Below are positions 30,033-39,866 of a stretch of 64,000 bases of DNA, in pieces. The stretch lies in NCBI GenBank assembly GCA_044866775.1, contig JBIOUG010000097.1:1852-65851 (forward strand), in the 5' to 3' direction. The first letter of the stretch is position 1. The number at the start of each line of letters is the position of its first letter. This DNA comes from Thermoanaerobaculia bacterium (GTDB lineage: Bacteria > Acidobacteriota > Thermoanaerobaculia > Multivoradales > UBA5704). The position numbers and the translations under genes were made by a program. A model generated the notes under the pieces. That model was not told where the DNA came from. It did not search any database and was given only the letters and a program-made list of their open reading frames with translations.

Positions 30033-30781
30033 TCCAGCTCGTCAGCCAGGAGCGGGTGGTCCGCCGGCGGCTGCCGCGAGAGTTCGGCGGCCACGCCCTC
30101 TTCGTCTCGCCCGACGCCTCGCTGCGCTTCTGGCGGCCGGGCCTGGGCGGCGCCGACCCGCTCCTGCTCCGCCTCGCCGGCGAGCTCGTCGCCCCCGGCG
30201 CCAGAGTGTGGGACGTCGGCGCCAACGTCGGCCTCTTCGCATTCGCCGCCGCCTACCGCGCCGGCCCCGGCGGCGAGGTGGTGGCGGTCGAGGCGGACGA
30301 CTGGCTGACCTGGCTCCTCCGCCGCTCGGCGCGCTCGCTCCCCGCGCGCTACGCGCCGGTGCACGTGGTCACGGCCGCGGCCTCCGACGCGCCGGGGATC
30401 GCGGCGCTGTGCATCGCCCGGCGCGGCCGCGCGGCGAGCCACCTGCGCGACGTCGCCGGCTCGAGCCAGGCCGGCGGCACGCGCGCGGTCGCGCACGTCG
30501 CCGCGCTCGCGCTCGACTCGCTGCTCGCCAGCTTCGCGCCGCCCCAGGTGCTCAAGATCGACGTCGAGGGCGCCGAGGCGCGCTGTTTGCGCGGCGCCGA
30601 GCGCCTGCTCGCCGAGGTCCGTCCGACGCTCCTCTGCGAGGTCGCCGCCGGCAACGCGGAAGCGGCGACCGAGATCCTGCGCCGCCATCGCTACACGATC
30701 CTCGACGCCGCGGCCGCGCCCGAGGCGCGCACGCCGCTCGCCAGCGCGCCCTGGAACACGCTGGCCGTGCCGCGGCCGTGA
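30017..30781 (+). CDS. FkbM family methyltransferase
   Basis: WDVGANVG and LKIDVEGAE motifs. Confidence 0.88.
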   Translation: MLRDLIQLVSQERVVRRRLPREFGGHALFVSPDASLRFWRPGLGGADPLLLRLAGELVAPGARVWDVGANVGLFAFAAAYRAGPGGEVVAVEADDWLTWLLRRSARSLPARYAPVHVVTAAASDAPGIAALCIARRGRAASHLRDVAGSSQAGGTRAVAHVAALALDSLLASFAPPQVLKIDVEGAEARCLRGAERLLAEVRPTLLCEVAAGNAEAATEILRRHRYTILDAAAAPEARTPLASAPWNTLAVPRP

Positions 30782-31845
30782 GGGTGCTCGTGATCAGCCA
30801 CCCGCCGCTGACGGCGGAGCTCGGCGCCGCCCAGATCGCGGTCAACCTCGCCGATGCCCTGCGCGCGCGCGGCCACGACGCCATGGCCTGGTCGCCGGAG
30901 CCGCTGCCGCCGGGCACCCGCTGGTGGGACTTCTGGCGCCGGCAGCGGCAGGCGATCGAGCGCTTCGCCGCCGCCGCCGGCCCCTTCGACGTCATCGACA
31001 CCCCGGCCGTCTCGGCGAGCGCCCGGCTCGCGCGGCGCGCGCGCCTCGTGGTCCGCAGCATTCAGCCCGAGCTGCTCTACCTGCTGCACGACCTGCGGGC
31101 CGATCTCGGGCGGCGGCCGATCCCCTCGCCGCGCACCCTGGTCAACACGCTCGTCGGCGGCGCGCGCGGCGCGGCCATCGTCGGCGGCTGGCGCCGCGCC
31201 GATGCGATCCTCTGCCTGGGAAGCTGGGAGCAGGCGTGGATGCGCCGCCGCCTGCCCTGGCTCGGAGCGAAGCTCGGGGTCTACCTCTGCGCGCCACCCG
31301 CGGCCGAGCGCGCCGCGCTCGCCGAGGTCCGCCGCGGGCGTCCGCCGGCCGCGGCCGGGAGCGGTATCCGCTTCCTCTGGATCGGCCGCTGGGCGGCCCA
31401 CAAGGGGACCCGCCGCCTGAGCCGCTTCCTAGAGCAGCGCTCGCGCACGCATCCGGGCGACACCTTCACGCTGGCCGGCTGCGGCCCGGCCGCGCGCCAC
31501 CTGCCGGCCGCGCTGCTGGCGGACGGCCGCGTTCGTCTCGTGCCCTCGTTCGCCCGCCACGAGCTGGCGCCGCTCCTCGCCGCCCACGACGCCGGGCTCT
31601 TCACCAGCGTCGTCGAGGGATGGGGCCTGAGCCTCAACGAGATGCTCGAGGCCGGGCTCACCGTCTACGCCACCACGGCCGGCGCGGTGACCGACCTGCG
31701 GCCGTTCTGGGGCGACCGCCTGCGCCCCTTTCCGCCGCCGCCGGAGCCCGCTCCCGCCGGCCCGCCGCCCGACCTCGAGGGCTATCTGGCGCGCTTCTCG
31801 TGGCCGGAGATCGCCCGCAGCTACGAAGCGCAGGCGCTGCGGTGA
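30778..31845 (+). CDS. GT4-like glycosyltransferase
   Basis: IGRWAAHKG and FTSVVEGWGLSLNEMLEAG motifs. Confidence 0.82.
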   Translation: MRVLVISHPPLTAELGAAQIAVNLADALRARGHDAMAWSPEPLPPGTRWWDFWRRQRQAIERFAAAAGPFDVIDTPAVSASARLARRARLVVRSIQPELLYLLHDLRADLGRRPIPSPRTLVNTLVGGARGAAIVGGWRRADAILCLGSWEQAWMRRRLPWLGAKLGVYLCAPPAAERAALAEVRRGRPPAAAGSGIRFLWIGRWAAHKGTRRLSRFLEQRSRTHPGDTFTLAGCGPAARHLPAALLADGRVRLVPSFARHELAPLLAAHDAGLFTSVVEGWGLSLNEMLEAGLTVYATTAGAVTDLRPFWGDRLRPFPPPPEPAPAGPPPDLEGYLARFSWPEIARSYEAQALR

Positions 31846-32954
31846 GCGCCCCGGTCATCCTGCACGTGGCGCAGATCGACATCCGCCGTGAGTCCGGGAT
31901 GGGCCGCGTGGCCTGGCACTGGCGGGCCGAGCTCGAAGCCCGCGGCTACGCCTTCGTCCACCTCGGCGCCGCGGAAGTGGGAGCGGTGCACCCGGCGGTC
32001 TTTCCGCTGGCGGCCTATCGCCGCGCCCGGCGGCTCGGCATCCGGCCGGCGGCCGTGCTCGTCCACGAGCCGGCCGGCGCGCCGTTCCTCCTCGGCTCCC
32101 GCCCGGTCATCGCGTTCAGCCACGGTCTCGAGCGGCGGGGCTGGGAGGCGAACCTGGCGATGGCGGCGGCGGGAATCGTCTCGATCCGCCGGCGCTCGCG
32201 CCTGCTCTTCCCGCTCTGGCGCCTGCGGCAGGCTGACCTGGCACTGCGGCGCGCAACGGCGGTGCTGGTCCTCAACACGGACGACCTGGCCTATGTGCGC
32301 CGCGTCTACCGGCGGACCGCCGAGGACGTCTTCCTCTACAGCAACGGCTCCTACCCGCTGCCGGAGCGGGTCGACCCGCCCGCCGCGGAGATCCCATCGC
32401 TCCTGTTCGCCGGCGCCTGGCTGCCGCGCAAGGGCGTGCGCACGCTGATCGGGGCCGTCGCCCTCCTGTCGCGGCGCGGCATGCCCGTGCGCGTGCGCCT
32501 CGCCGGCACGGGCGCCGGCGCGGCCGCGGTCCTCGCCGAGTGGCCGGAGGGGCTGCGCGGCTCGGTCGAGGTGATTCCCCGCTTCGACCTCGACGCGGAG
32601 GCGGCGCTCTACGCGCGCGGCGGCATCTTCGTCCTGCCGAGCCATTTCGAGGGACAGCCGCTCGCCCTGCTCCAGGCGATGGCGGCCGGGTGCTGCTGCA
32701 TCGCCTCCGACGTCGGCGGCAACCGCGACCTCGTCGTCCATGGCGAGACCGGCCTCCTCCACCCGGCGGGAGACGCCGAGGCGCTGGCCGATCGCATCGC
32801 GCAGTGCCTCGAGGATCCGGAGCTCCGGCGAATGCTCGGCGAGCGGGCGCGGCGGGCGGCGGCGCCGCGCACCTGGCAGGCGGCGGCCGCCGGCGTGGCG
32901 GACTTCGTCGAGCGGGTGATCGCGCGCAGCTCGGCCCGGAAGGAGCGCCGGTGA
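31842..32954 (+). CDS. GT4 family glycosyltransferase
   Basis: RKGV, LPSHFEGQPLALLQAMAAG and SDVGG motifs. Confidence 0.88.
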   Translation: MSAPVILHVAQIDIRRESGMGRVAWHWRAELEARGYAFVHLGAAEVGAVHPAVFPLAAYRRARRLGIRPAAVLVHEPAGAPFLLGSRPVIAFSHGLERRGWEANLAMAAAGIVSIRRRSRLLFPLWRLRQADLALRRATAVLVLNTDDLAYVRRVYRRTAEDVFLYSNGSYPLPERVDPPAAEIPSLLFAGAWLPRKGVRTLIGAVALLSRRGMPVRVRLAGTGAGAAAVLAEWPEGLRGSVEVIPRFDLDAEAALYARGGIFVLPSHFEGQPLALLQAMAAGCCCIASDVGGNRDLVVHGETGLLHPAGDAEALADRIAQCLEDPELRRMLGERARRAAAPRTWQAAAAGVADFVERVIARSSARKERR

Positions 32955-34579
32955 GGGGGCCGGCGGACCCCCTCCGGCCTGACTCGCGGCGCCAGGCGGC
33001 ACGGCGCGCCGCGGCGCTCTTCGCGGTCTTCCTCGTCCTCGGACAGCTCTTCATGTTCCACCGCCTGATCTGGAGCGGCCTGCGCGAGACGCCGGGCGAC
33101 TACGTCAACCACCTGCTCGGCCAGTTCGTCCTCGAGCACGAGTACCTCTGGCTGCGCGGCCATCCCGGCCATGCGGCGCTGTGGGACCCCCCGGTCTACC
33201 ACCCGGCCCGCGGCACCCTGGCCTACGCCGAGAGCATGCTCGGAGTCGCGCCCCTCTACTGGCTGCCGCGCCTCGCCGGGCTCTCGCCGGCGACCGCCTA
33301 TCAGCTCTGGCTGCTGGCGCTCCCCGCGCTGTCGTTCGCCGCCGCCTGGCTGCTCTTCCGCCGCGGCTTCGGCTTTGCGCCGCTCCCGAGCGCTCTCGGC
33401 GCCTTCCTCTGCAGCTACGGCCTGAGCCTCGGGGCGCAGGTCAACAACCCGCAGCTCCACACCCTCTTCCTGACCTACCTGGCGCTCTACGGCCTCTGCC
33501 GGCTGATCGCGGCGGACGGCCCGCGGCCCTGGTGGGTGGCGCTCGCCGGCGCAGCTCTCGTGGCCCAGCTCTACGCCTGCTTCTACCTCGGCTGGATGGC
33601 GGCGCTCCTCCTCGGCGCCACCGGCCTGGCGATGCTCACCGTGCCGGAGCTGCGCGGGCGCCTGCTCCAGACCGTCCGCCGCAACGCCGTAGCGGCGATC
33701 GCGACGGCCCTCGTCGCCGCCCTCGCGCTCGCGCCGCTCGTCGTCCACTCGCTGGCGGTCGTCCGCGAGCTCGGCTGGAGCAACGACCCGGGCGGCGGGC
33801 AGACCCTGGCGCAGCTCCGGTCCTGGATCTATCCGGGACGGCGCTCCGTCGCCTATTTCTGGCTCGCCCGCACGGGGGTCTTCGACGATCTCGCCGGCGA
33901 GCCCGAGCAGCGGCTGTTCCTCGGCGCCGCGACCGCCCTCTGCGCCGCTCTCGGCCTCTGGCACGGCCGCCGCGATCCGTGGCTGCGGCTGACGGCCGTG
34001 ATGGCGGTGGTGCTCGTTGTCGTGCTCACCGAGCTGCCGGGCGGCTGGTCGCTCTGGCAAGGAGTGCGCGCGCTGGTCCCCGGGGCCGGCGCCTTGCGCA
34101 TCGTCTCGCGGGCCGGCACCCTCCTGCTCGTGCCGGCGGCGATCGGCGTGGCCGCCTTCGCGAGCCGCCGGCGAGGGCCCGTCGCCGGGGCGCTCCTCGC
34201 GCTCTGCGTCGCCGAGCAGCCCTACTCGGAGTACACGTTCGTGAAGGCCGAGCAGCAGGCGCGCGTCGAACGCTTCGCGAGCGCCCTGGACCCGGCCTGC
34301 CGCAGCGTCTACGTGAGCGTCGTGCCCCCGCCCGGCGGCGGCGCTCCGCACTGGATCTACGAGGCCGAGATCATGCTGGCGCAGACCGCTGCCGGCGTGC
34401 CGACGGTCAACGGCGGATACACTCGCTTCCAGCCCCCCGGCTACGGCAGCTTGGCGCGCAACGTCGTGCGCGGCGCCGAGGACCGGCGGAGGATCGAGCA
34501 CGACCTGGCGAGCTGGCGTCGCCGGCACGGCATGACCGCAGACGACGTGTGCCGGGTAGCCGTCGTCCCGGCGCGCTGA
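32951..34579 (+). CDS. Multi-pass membrane protein, putative GT-C (lipid-linked donor) glycosyltransferase
   Basis: About 12 TM segments; periplasmic loop WDPPVYHPARGTLAYAES; C-terminal PTVNGGY; YfhO/ArnT-like architecture. Confidence 0.6.
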   Translation: MRGPADPLRPDSRRQAARRAAALFAVFLVLGQLFMFHRLIWSGLRETPGDYVNHLLGQFVLEHEYLWLRGHPGHAALWDPPVYHPARGTLAYAESMLGVAPLYWLPRLAGLSPATAYQLWLLALPALSFAAAWLLFRRGFGFAPLPSALGAFLCSYGLSLGAQVNNPQLHTLFLTYLALYGLCRLIAADGPRPWWVALAGAALVAQLYACFYLGWMAALLLGATGLAMLTVPELRGRLLQTVRRNAVAAIATALVAALALAPLVVHSLAVVRELGWSNDPGGGQTLAQLRSWIYPGRRSVAYFWLARTGVFDDLAGEPEQRLFLGAATALCAALGLWHGRRDPWLRLTAVMAVVLVVVLTELPGGWSLWQGVRALVPGAGALRIVSRAGTLLLVPAAIGVAAFASRRRGPVAGALLALCVAEQPYSEYTFVKAEQQARVERFASALDPACRSVYVSVVPPPGGGAPHWIYEAEIMLAQTAAGVPTVNGGYTRFQPPGYGSLARNVVRGAEDRRRIEHDLASWRRRHGMTADDVCRVAVVPAR

Positions 34580-34596
34580 AAGGTACGATCGCCACC

Positions 34597-35613
34597 GTGC
34601 TTCGCATCGCGGTCCTCGGCGCCGGCCAGTGGGGTCCCAACCTGGTCCGCAACTTCCACACCCGCGAGGCGAGCGAGGTCGCCTGGGTGGTGGACCGCGA
34701 CCCGGCGCGCCTGGCGCTCGTCCGCCAGCGCTACCCGGACGTCGAGGCCGCATCCGACCCCGCGCTCGCCCTCGCCGACGCCACGGTGGACGGCGTCGTC
34801 GTCGCCACGCCCACGGCCACCCACTACGAGCTCGCCGCCGCCGCCCTCGAGGCCGGCAAGCACGTGCTCGTCGAGAAGCCGATCGCCACCTCGGTCCCCG
34901 AGGCCGAGGCTCTCTGCGCCCTCGCCGAGCGGCAGGAGCGGGTCCTCATGGTGGGGCACGTCTTCCTCTACAACCGCGCCATCCGGCGGGTGAAGGGCTA
35001 TCTCGACGAGGGACAGCTCGGCCGGGTCTTCTATCTCGCGATGGTGCGCACCAACCTCGGGCCGATCCGCATGGACGTCAACGCCGCCTGGGACCTCGCG
35101 GCGCACGACGTCGCGATCGCCAACTACTGGCTCGGGACGACGCCGGTCGCGGCGGCGGCGCAGGGCGGCTCCTGGATCAACGACGGGATCGAGGACGCCG
35201 TCTTCGCCAATCTCTTCTATCCCGACGGCGCCATCGCCAACCTCCACGTCTCCTGGCTCAACCCGCGCAAGGTGCGCGACATCACGGTGGTGGGCGAGAA
35301 GGGGATGCTGACCTTCGACGACATGAACCTCGCCGAGCCGCTGCGGCTCTACGACAAGCAGGTCACCGACGAGCGGCGGCCCGGCTTCATCGACACCTTC
35401 GCCTCCTTCCGCACCAGCGTCCGCGAAGGCGACATCCTGATCCCGCGCGTCGGCACCGGCGAGCCGCTCAAGGCCGAGTGCGAACACTTCCTCGAGTGCA
35501 TCGCGACCGGCGCGCGGCCGCTCTCCGACGGCTGGAGCGGCGCCGCCGCGGTGCGCGTGCTGGCGGCGCTGGCCGCTTCGCTCGCCGACGGCGGCCGGAG
35601 GCAGCCGGTTTGA
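34597..35613 (+). CDS. Gfo/Idh/MocA oxidoreductase (nucleotide-sugar dehydrogenase, WbpB/WlbA-like)
   Basis: LGAGQWG, ATPTATH, HVLVEKP and WDLAAHD motifs. Confidence 0.9.
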   Translation: MLRIAVLGAGQWGPNLVRNFHTREASEVAWVVDRDPARLALVRQRYPDVEAASDPALALADATVDGVVVATPTATHYELAAAALEAGKHVLVEKPIATSVPEAEALCALAERQERVLMVGHVFLYNRAIRRVKGYLDEGQLGRVFYLAMVRTNLGPIRMDVNAAWDLAAHDVAIANYWLGTTPVAAAAQGGSWINDGIEDAVFANLFYPDGAIANLHVSWLNPRKVRDITVVGEKGMLTFDDMNLAEPLRLYDKQVTDERRPGFIDTFASFRTSVREGDILIPRVGTGEPLKAECEHFLECIATGARPLSDGWSGAAAVRVLAALAASLADGGRRQPV

Positions 35614-36743
35614 GCGGCGCCGCGATCCCGCCCGCCATCCCCCTGGTCGACCTCGCGGCCCAGCACGCCGAGGTGGCCGACGAGATCTCCCGCGGCATGG
35701 CGGCGGTCATCGCGCGCTCGGCCTTCATCCTCGGCGAGGAGGTGGGCGCGTTCGAGGCGGACTTCGCGCGCGCCTGCGGCGCCGCCCACGCGATCGGCGT
35801 CGGCAACGGCACCGACGCCATCGAGCTGGTGCTGCGCGCGCTCGGGATTGGCGCCGGCGGCGAGGTTCTGGTCCCCGCCAACACCTTCATCGCCACCGCC
35901 CTCGCGGTGCTGCGCGCCGGCGCCCGGCCGGTGCTCGTCGACTGCGACGCGCACCACCTGATCGATCCCGAGCGCCTGGCGGCGGCGGTGACGCCGCGCA
36001 CCCGCGCCATCCTGCCGGTCCACCTCTTCGGCCAGCTCGCCGACATGGAAGCGGTCGCCGCGGTGGCGGCGGCCCACGGCCTCCTGGTGCTCGAGGACGC
36101 GGCGCAGGCGCACGGGGCGCGCCGGCAGGGCCGTCCGGCGGGCAGCTTCGGCCGCGCCGCCGCCTTCAGCTTCTATCCGGGGAAGAACCTCGGCGCCTAC
36201 GGCGACGCCGGCGCGGTCGTCACCTCGGACGACGCGCTCGCCGGCCGCATCCGCCATCTGCGCAACTGGGGGAGCGAGCGCAAGTACCATCACCCGGAGG
36301 CGGGCTTCAACTCGCGCCTCGACACGCTGCAGGCGGTCGTCCTCGCGGCGAAGCTGCGGCGGCTCGCCGACTGGAACGCGGCGCGGCGGCGCGCGGCGGC
36401 GCGCTACGAGGCCCTGCTCGCCGGCCTCGACGAGGTCGAGACGCCGCGCGTCCTGCCCGGCAACGACCACGTCTGGCACCTCTACGTCGTGCGCGTGCCG
36501 CGGCGCGACGCGGTGCTGGCGCGCCTCCAGGCCGACGGCATAGGCGCCGGCATCCACTACCCGACGCCGCTCCACCTGCACGGCGCCTTGCGCCCGCTCG
36601 GCTACAGCGCCGGAGACTTCCCGCACGCCGAGCGCGCGGCGGCCGAGATCCTCTCCCTCCCCATGTACCCGCACCTCGGCGCCGCGCAGCAGGAGCGAGT
36701 CGTCGCGGCGCTGCGGCGGGCGCTGCGGGAGACCGCGGCGTGA
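35610..36743 (+). CDS. DegT/DnrJ/EryC1/StrS sugar aminotransferase
   Basis: NGTDA, PVHLFGQ, EDAAQAHGA, SFYPGKNLGAYGDAG and NSRLD motifs. Confidence 0.95.
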   Translation: MSGAAIPPAIPLVDLAAQHAEVADEISRGMAAVIARSAFILGEEVGAFEADFARACGAAHAIGVGNGTDAIELVLRALGIGAGGEVLVPANTFIATALAVLRAGARPVLVDCDAHHLIDPERLAAAVTPRTRAILPVHLFGQLADMEAVAAVAAAHGLLVLEDAAQAHGARRQGRPAGSFGRAAAFSFYPGKNLGAYGDAGAVVTSDDALAGRIRHLRNWGSERKYHHPEAGFNSRLDTLQAVVLAAKLRRLADWNAARRRAAARYEALLAGLDEVETPRVLPGNDHVWHLYVVRVPRRDAVLARLQADGIGAGIHYPTPLHLHGALRPLGYSAGDFPHAERAAAEILSLPMYPHLGAAQQERVVAALRRALRETAA

Positions 36744-37513
36744 GCTGCACGCGGATCGCGCCGGGGGCCAGGCTCGGCGACGGCGTCACGATCGGCGAGC
36801 ACACCACGATCCACGACCACGTCGTGCTCGGCGACGGCGTCGCGATCGGCGACTACTGCACGATCGGCAGCGAGGCCCCGCCGGCCGGCGGCGACCCCGG
36901 GCTCGAGATCGGCGCCGGCGGCACGGTCCGCAGCCACAGCGTGCTCTACGGCGGCTCACGCTTCGGGCCGGGCCTGCAGACCGGGCACCACGTGCTGGTG
37001 CGCGAGGGCACCCGGGCCGGCGCGGGACTGCGCCTCGGCTCCTACACCGACCTCGAAGGCGACTGCACGCTCGGCGACTACGTCTCGTGCCACGGCTACG
37101 TGCACGTGGGGCGGGGCTCGCGCCTCGGCGACTTCGTCTGGCTCTACTCGCTGGTGACGCTGACCAACGACCCGCTGCCGCCGTCGTTCCTCACCCGCCC
37201 GGTGACGCTCGAGGACGGCGTCGTCGTCTGCGTCGGCTGTATCCTCATGCCCGGCGCCCACATGCGCTTCGGCTCCTACGCGACGGCCGGCACGCTGGTG
37301 CAGGGCGAGGTGCCGCCGGGCGCCGTCGTCGCGGGCCGGGACGGCGCGGTCGCCGGGCACGTCGCGCACCTCTTCGACCTCGAGACCATGACCCGGCACC
37401 CCTGGATGCGGCACTACGCCGAGCGCTATCCGGAGGCGGCGCGCGAGCGGATCCGGGCGCTGGGCGAGCGCATTCAGGCCGCGAAGGTGGAGCTGCCGGA
37501 GCGGGCGCGATGA
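36740..37513 (+). CDS. Hexapeptide-repeat (left-handed beta-helix) N-acyltransferase
   Basis: Repeated [LIV]Gxxxx hexads; LTNDPLPP; follows the aminotransferase. Confidence 0.85.
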   Translation: MSCTRIAPGARLGDGVTIGEHTTIHDHVVLGDGVAIGDYCTIGSEAPPAGGDPGLEIGAGGTVRSHSVLYGGSRFGPGLQTGHHVLVREGTRAGAGLRLGSYTDLEGDCTLGDYVSCHGYVHVGRGSRLGDFVWLYSLVTLTNDPLPPSFLTRPVTLEDGVVVCVGCILMPGAHMRFGSYATAGTLVQGEVPPGAVVAGRDGAVAGHVAHLFDLETMTRHPWMRHYAERYPEAARERIRALGERIQAAKVELPERAR

Positions 37514-37761
37514 TCGAGCGCTCGGCGGTCGTGGCGCTCATCGGCTCGATCCTCGAGCGGCAGGGGATCGCCGTGCCCGACCTCGAGGAGTCGGCCGCGC
37601 TGCGCGAGATCGCCTTCCGCAGCCTCGACTTCTCGGAGCTGTGCCTGCGGGTCGAGCAGGCGCTCGGGCGCGAGCTCGACTTCTCCGCCGCCACCGTGCG
37701 CAGCGTGCGCACGGTGGGGGACGTCTGCGACTTCATCGCCCAGGCGGCCGGTGGCGGATGA
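37510..37761 (+). CDS. Acyl carrier protein (variant FRSL attachment motif)
   Basis: 83 aa acidic helical protein; LREIAFRSLDFSEL...VE...TVGDV ACP pattern. Confidence 0.8.
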   Translation: MIERSAVVALIGSILERQGIAVPDLEESAALREIAFRSLDFSELCLRVEQALGRELDFSAATVRSVRTVGDVCDFIAQAAGGG

Positions 37762-37763
37762 AA

Positions 37764-37813
37764 CTCAGGAGGTCATCCTGAGCGTAGCGCCCGGGCTACG
37801 TCCCGGGCGTTTT
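37764..37813 (+). terminator. Tandem hairpins after ACP (possible weak terminator or REP remnant)
   Basis: CTCAGGA/TCCTGAG stem (37764-37782) and CGCCCGGG/CCCGGGCG stem (37788-37809) followed by TTTT. Confidence 0.4.
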
Positions 37814-37849
37814 CGGAGGACGTACCGAATTTCTAGGTAGGAGAAGGAA

Positions 37850-39154
37850 GTGGAACTGCAGCGGGACAACCTGCTGGTCGTTGCGGGGCGCGAGGAGGCG
37901 CTCGGGGGCCTTGCGCCGCGGTTCGCCGAGTGGGCAGGCGCCGAGGGCGCCCAGGCGCCTCGGCTGGCCGTGGTGTCGGAGGACCCGCGGGTGCTGATCG
38001 CCGCCGCGATCGGTCTCTACGCGTCGCGAGCCGACGGCGCGATCGTCGCGGCGGCTACGGCGACCCCGCACGCGCGGGCGCTGCTCGCCGGATGCGGCTA
38101 CTCCCTGCTCGAAATCTCCCCCGGGGGTGTCTCGACCACGCTCACCAAGAGCGCCGCCGCGGCGGCGCGGCGGGAGGGGCGGATCGCCATCCTGACCTCG
38201 GGCACGACCGGCACCCCGACGCTCCACCTCCACACCTGGGATTCGCTGGTGACGCTCCGGAGCGCCGGCGGCGCGGCGACGCTTCAGCCCCGCCGCTGGC
38301 TCCTCACCTACCTGCCCGGCACCTACGCCTGGTTCCAGATGCTGACGCTCTGGATGTTCCATCCCCGTCAGACGCTGGTCGCGTCCTCCCATTCCGCGCC
38401 CGAGGAGGTCTGGGACGACGGCGCGCGCGCCGGCGTCGACGCCGTCAGCTCGACCCCTTCGTTCTGGCGCTACCTGCTGGCCCTGCGCCCGGCCGGCGAG
38501 CTGGCGCGGCTGCCGCTCGCCCAGATCACGCTCGGCGGCGAGCCGGTGCGGCAGGATCTGCTCGACCGGCTGGCGGCGTTCTTCCCCGCCGCCCGTCTGA
38601 CCCACATCTACGCCTCGACCGAGGCGGGGGCGGCGATCGTCGTGCACGACGGGCGCGAGGGCTTCCCGGCGGAGTGGCTGGACGGTGAGGAGCACGGCGC
38701 CTGCCGGTTGCGCGCGGTCGACGGCATCCTCGAGGTCCGCTCGCCGTTCGCCGCCGCGGGGACCGGCGGCGCCGGCGGCTGGCACGTGACCGGCGACCGT
38801 GTCGAGATCGCCGGCGGCCGCGCCGTCGTCGTCGGCCGCGCCGAGCGCGACCTGCTCAACGTCGGCGGCCGCAAGGCCTCGGCGGCGGCGATCGAGCAGC
38901 TCTTGGCGGCCAGCCCGCTGGTCGACTGGTGCCGGGTGCGCGGGGCGCGGGCGCCGCTGGCCGGCACGCTGGTGGCGGCCGACGTCGTGCTCTCCGCGAG
39001 CGCGCACGCCTTGACTGCGGCGGAGGCCGAGCGCGCGCTGACCGCCCACTGCGCCGCGCGCGGCCTCCCCGACTGGATGGTGCCGCGGCTCTGGACGCTG
39101 CTCGAGCGGGTGCCGGTGTCGCCCACCTTCAAGGTGGAGCGGGCGGATGGCTGA
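37850..39154 (+). CDS. AMP-binding (ANL) adenylating enzyme / acyl-ACP ligase
   Basis: TSGTTGTP, IYASTE, TGD, GR..D and terminal Lys (SPTFK) motifs; AGGAG RBS. Confidence 0.85.
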   Translation: MELQRDNLLVVAGREEALGGLAPRFAEWAGAEGAQAPRLAVVSEDPRVLIAAAIGLYASRADGAIVAAATATPHARALLAGCGYSLLEISPGGVSTTLTKSAAAAARREGRIAILTSGTTGTPTLHLHTWDSLVTLRSAGGAATLQPRRWLLTYLPGTYAWFQMLTLWMFHPRQTLVASSHSAPEEVWDDGARAGVDAVSSTPSFWRYLLALRPAGELARLPLAQITLGGEPVRQDLLDRLAAFFPAARLTHIYASTEAGAAIVVHDGREGFPAEWLDGEEHGACRLRAVDGILEVRSPFAAAGTGGAGGWHVTGDRVEIAGGRAVVVGRAERDLLNVGGRKASAAAIEQLLAASPLVDWCRVRGARAPLAGTLVAADVVLSASAHALTAAEAERALTAHCAARGLPDWMVPRLWTLLERVPVSPTFKVERADG

Positions 39155-39866
39155 CTGCGTCATCCTCTCGGGCGGCTCGCGCGGGCTCGGGCTCGCCCTC
39201 GCCGCCTGCTGCCTGGAGAACGGACTCAGGGTCGCCACCTTCGCGCGGCGCGAGACCGGCGAGGTGCGCGAGCTGGCGGCGCGCCATCCCGAGCGCCTCC
39301 TCTTCCGCGCCCTCGACGCCACCGATCGGCCGGCGGTGGCGGCCTTCGTGCGCGACGCCGTCGCCGCCCTCGGCCCCGTCCACGCCCTGGTCAACAACGC
39401 CGCGGTGGGCCAGGACCACCTGCTGGTGCACATGCCGGAGGAGCAGATCGCGGCGCTCCTTGCGACCAACCTCGAAGCGCCCATCCTCCTCACCCGCCTG
39501 GTGCTGCGCGAGATGCTCCTCGCCGGGGAGGGCGGGCGGATCATCACCATCTCCTCGATCTGCGCCGAGCGCGGCTTCGCCGGGCTCGCCGTCTACTCGG
39601 CGGCCAAGGGCGCGCTCGAAGCCTTCACCCGCTCGCTCGCCCACGAAGTGGGGCCGCGCGGCATCCTGGTCAACGCCATCGCCCCGGGGTTCTTCGCTTC
39701 CGAGATGTCGGCGGTGCTCGACGAGCGGCAGGTCGAGACGATCCGCCGGCGCGCCGCGACCGAGCGGCTGGTGACGGCGGCCGACGTCCTCGCCGCCTTC
39801 CGCTTCCTGCTCCTCGCGGACTGCAACCTGACGGGGCAGGTGATCCGTGTCGACGGCGGCTACTGA
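39147..39866 (+). CDS. SDR oxidoreductase (FabG-like ketoreductase)
   Basis: SGGSRGLG, NNAA, YSAAK, VNAIAPG and TGQVIRVDGG motifs. Confidence 0.9.
   Translation: MADCVILSGGSRGLGLALAACCLENGLRVATFARRETGEVRELAARHPERLLFRALDATDRPAVAAFVRDAVAALGPVHALVNNAAVGQDHLLVHMPEEQIAALLATNLEAPILLTRLVLREMLLAGEGGRIITISSICAERGFAGLAVYSAAKGALEAFTRSLAHEVGPRGILVNAIAPGFFASEMSAVLDERQVETIRRRAATERLVTAADVLAAFRFLLLADCNLTGQVIRVDGGY

Noticed and set aside
37510-39866. ACP/adenylation/KR genes as a standalone NRPS/PKS cluster
   Set aside because: No condensation or ketosynthase domain; genes are coupled to sugar-nucleotide genes
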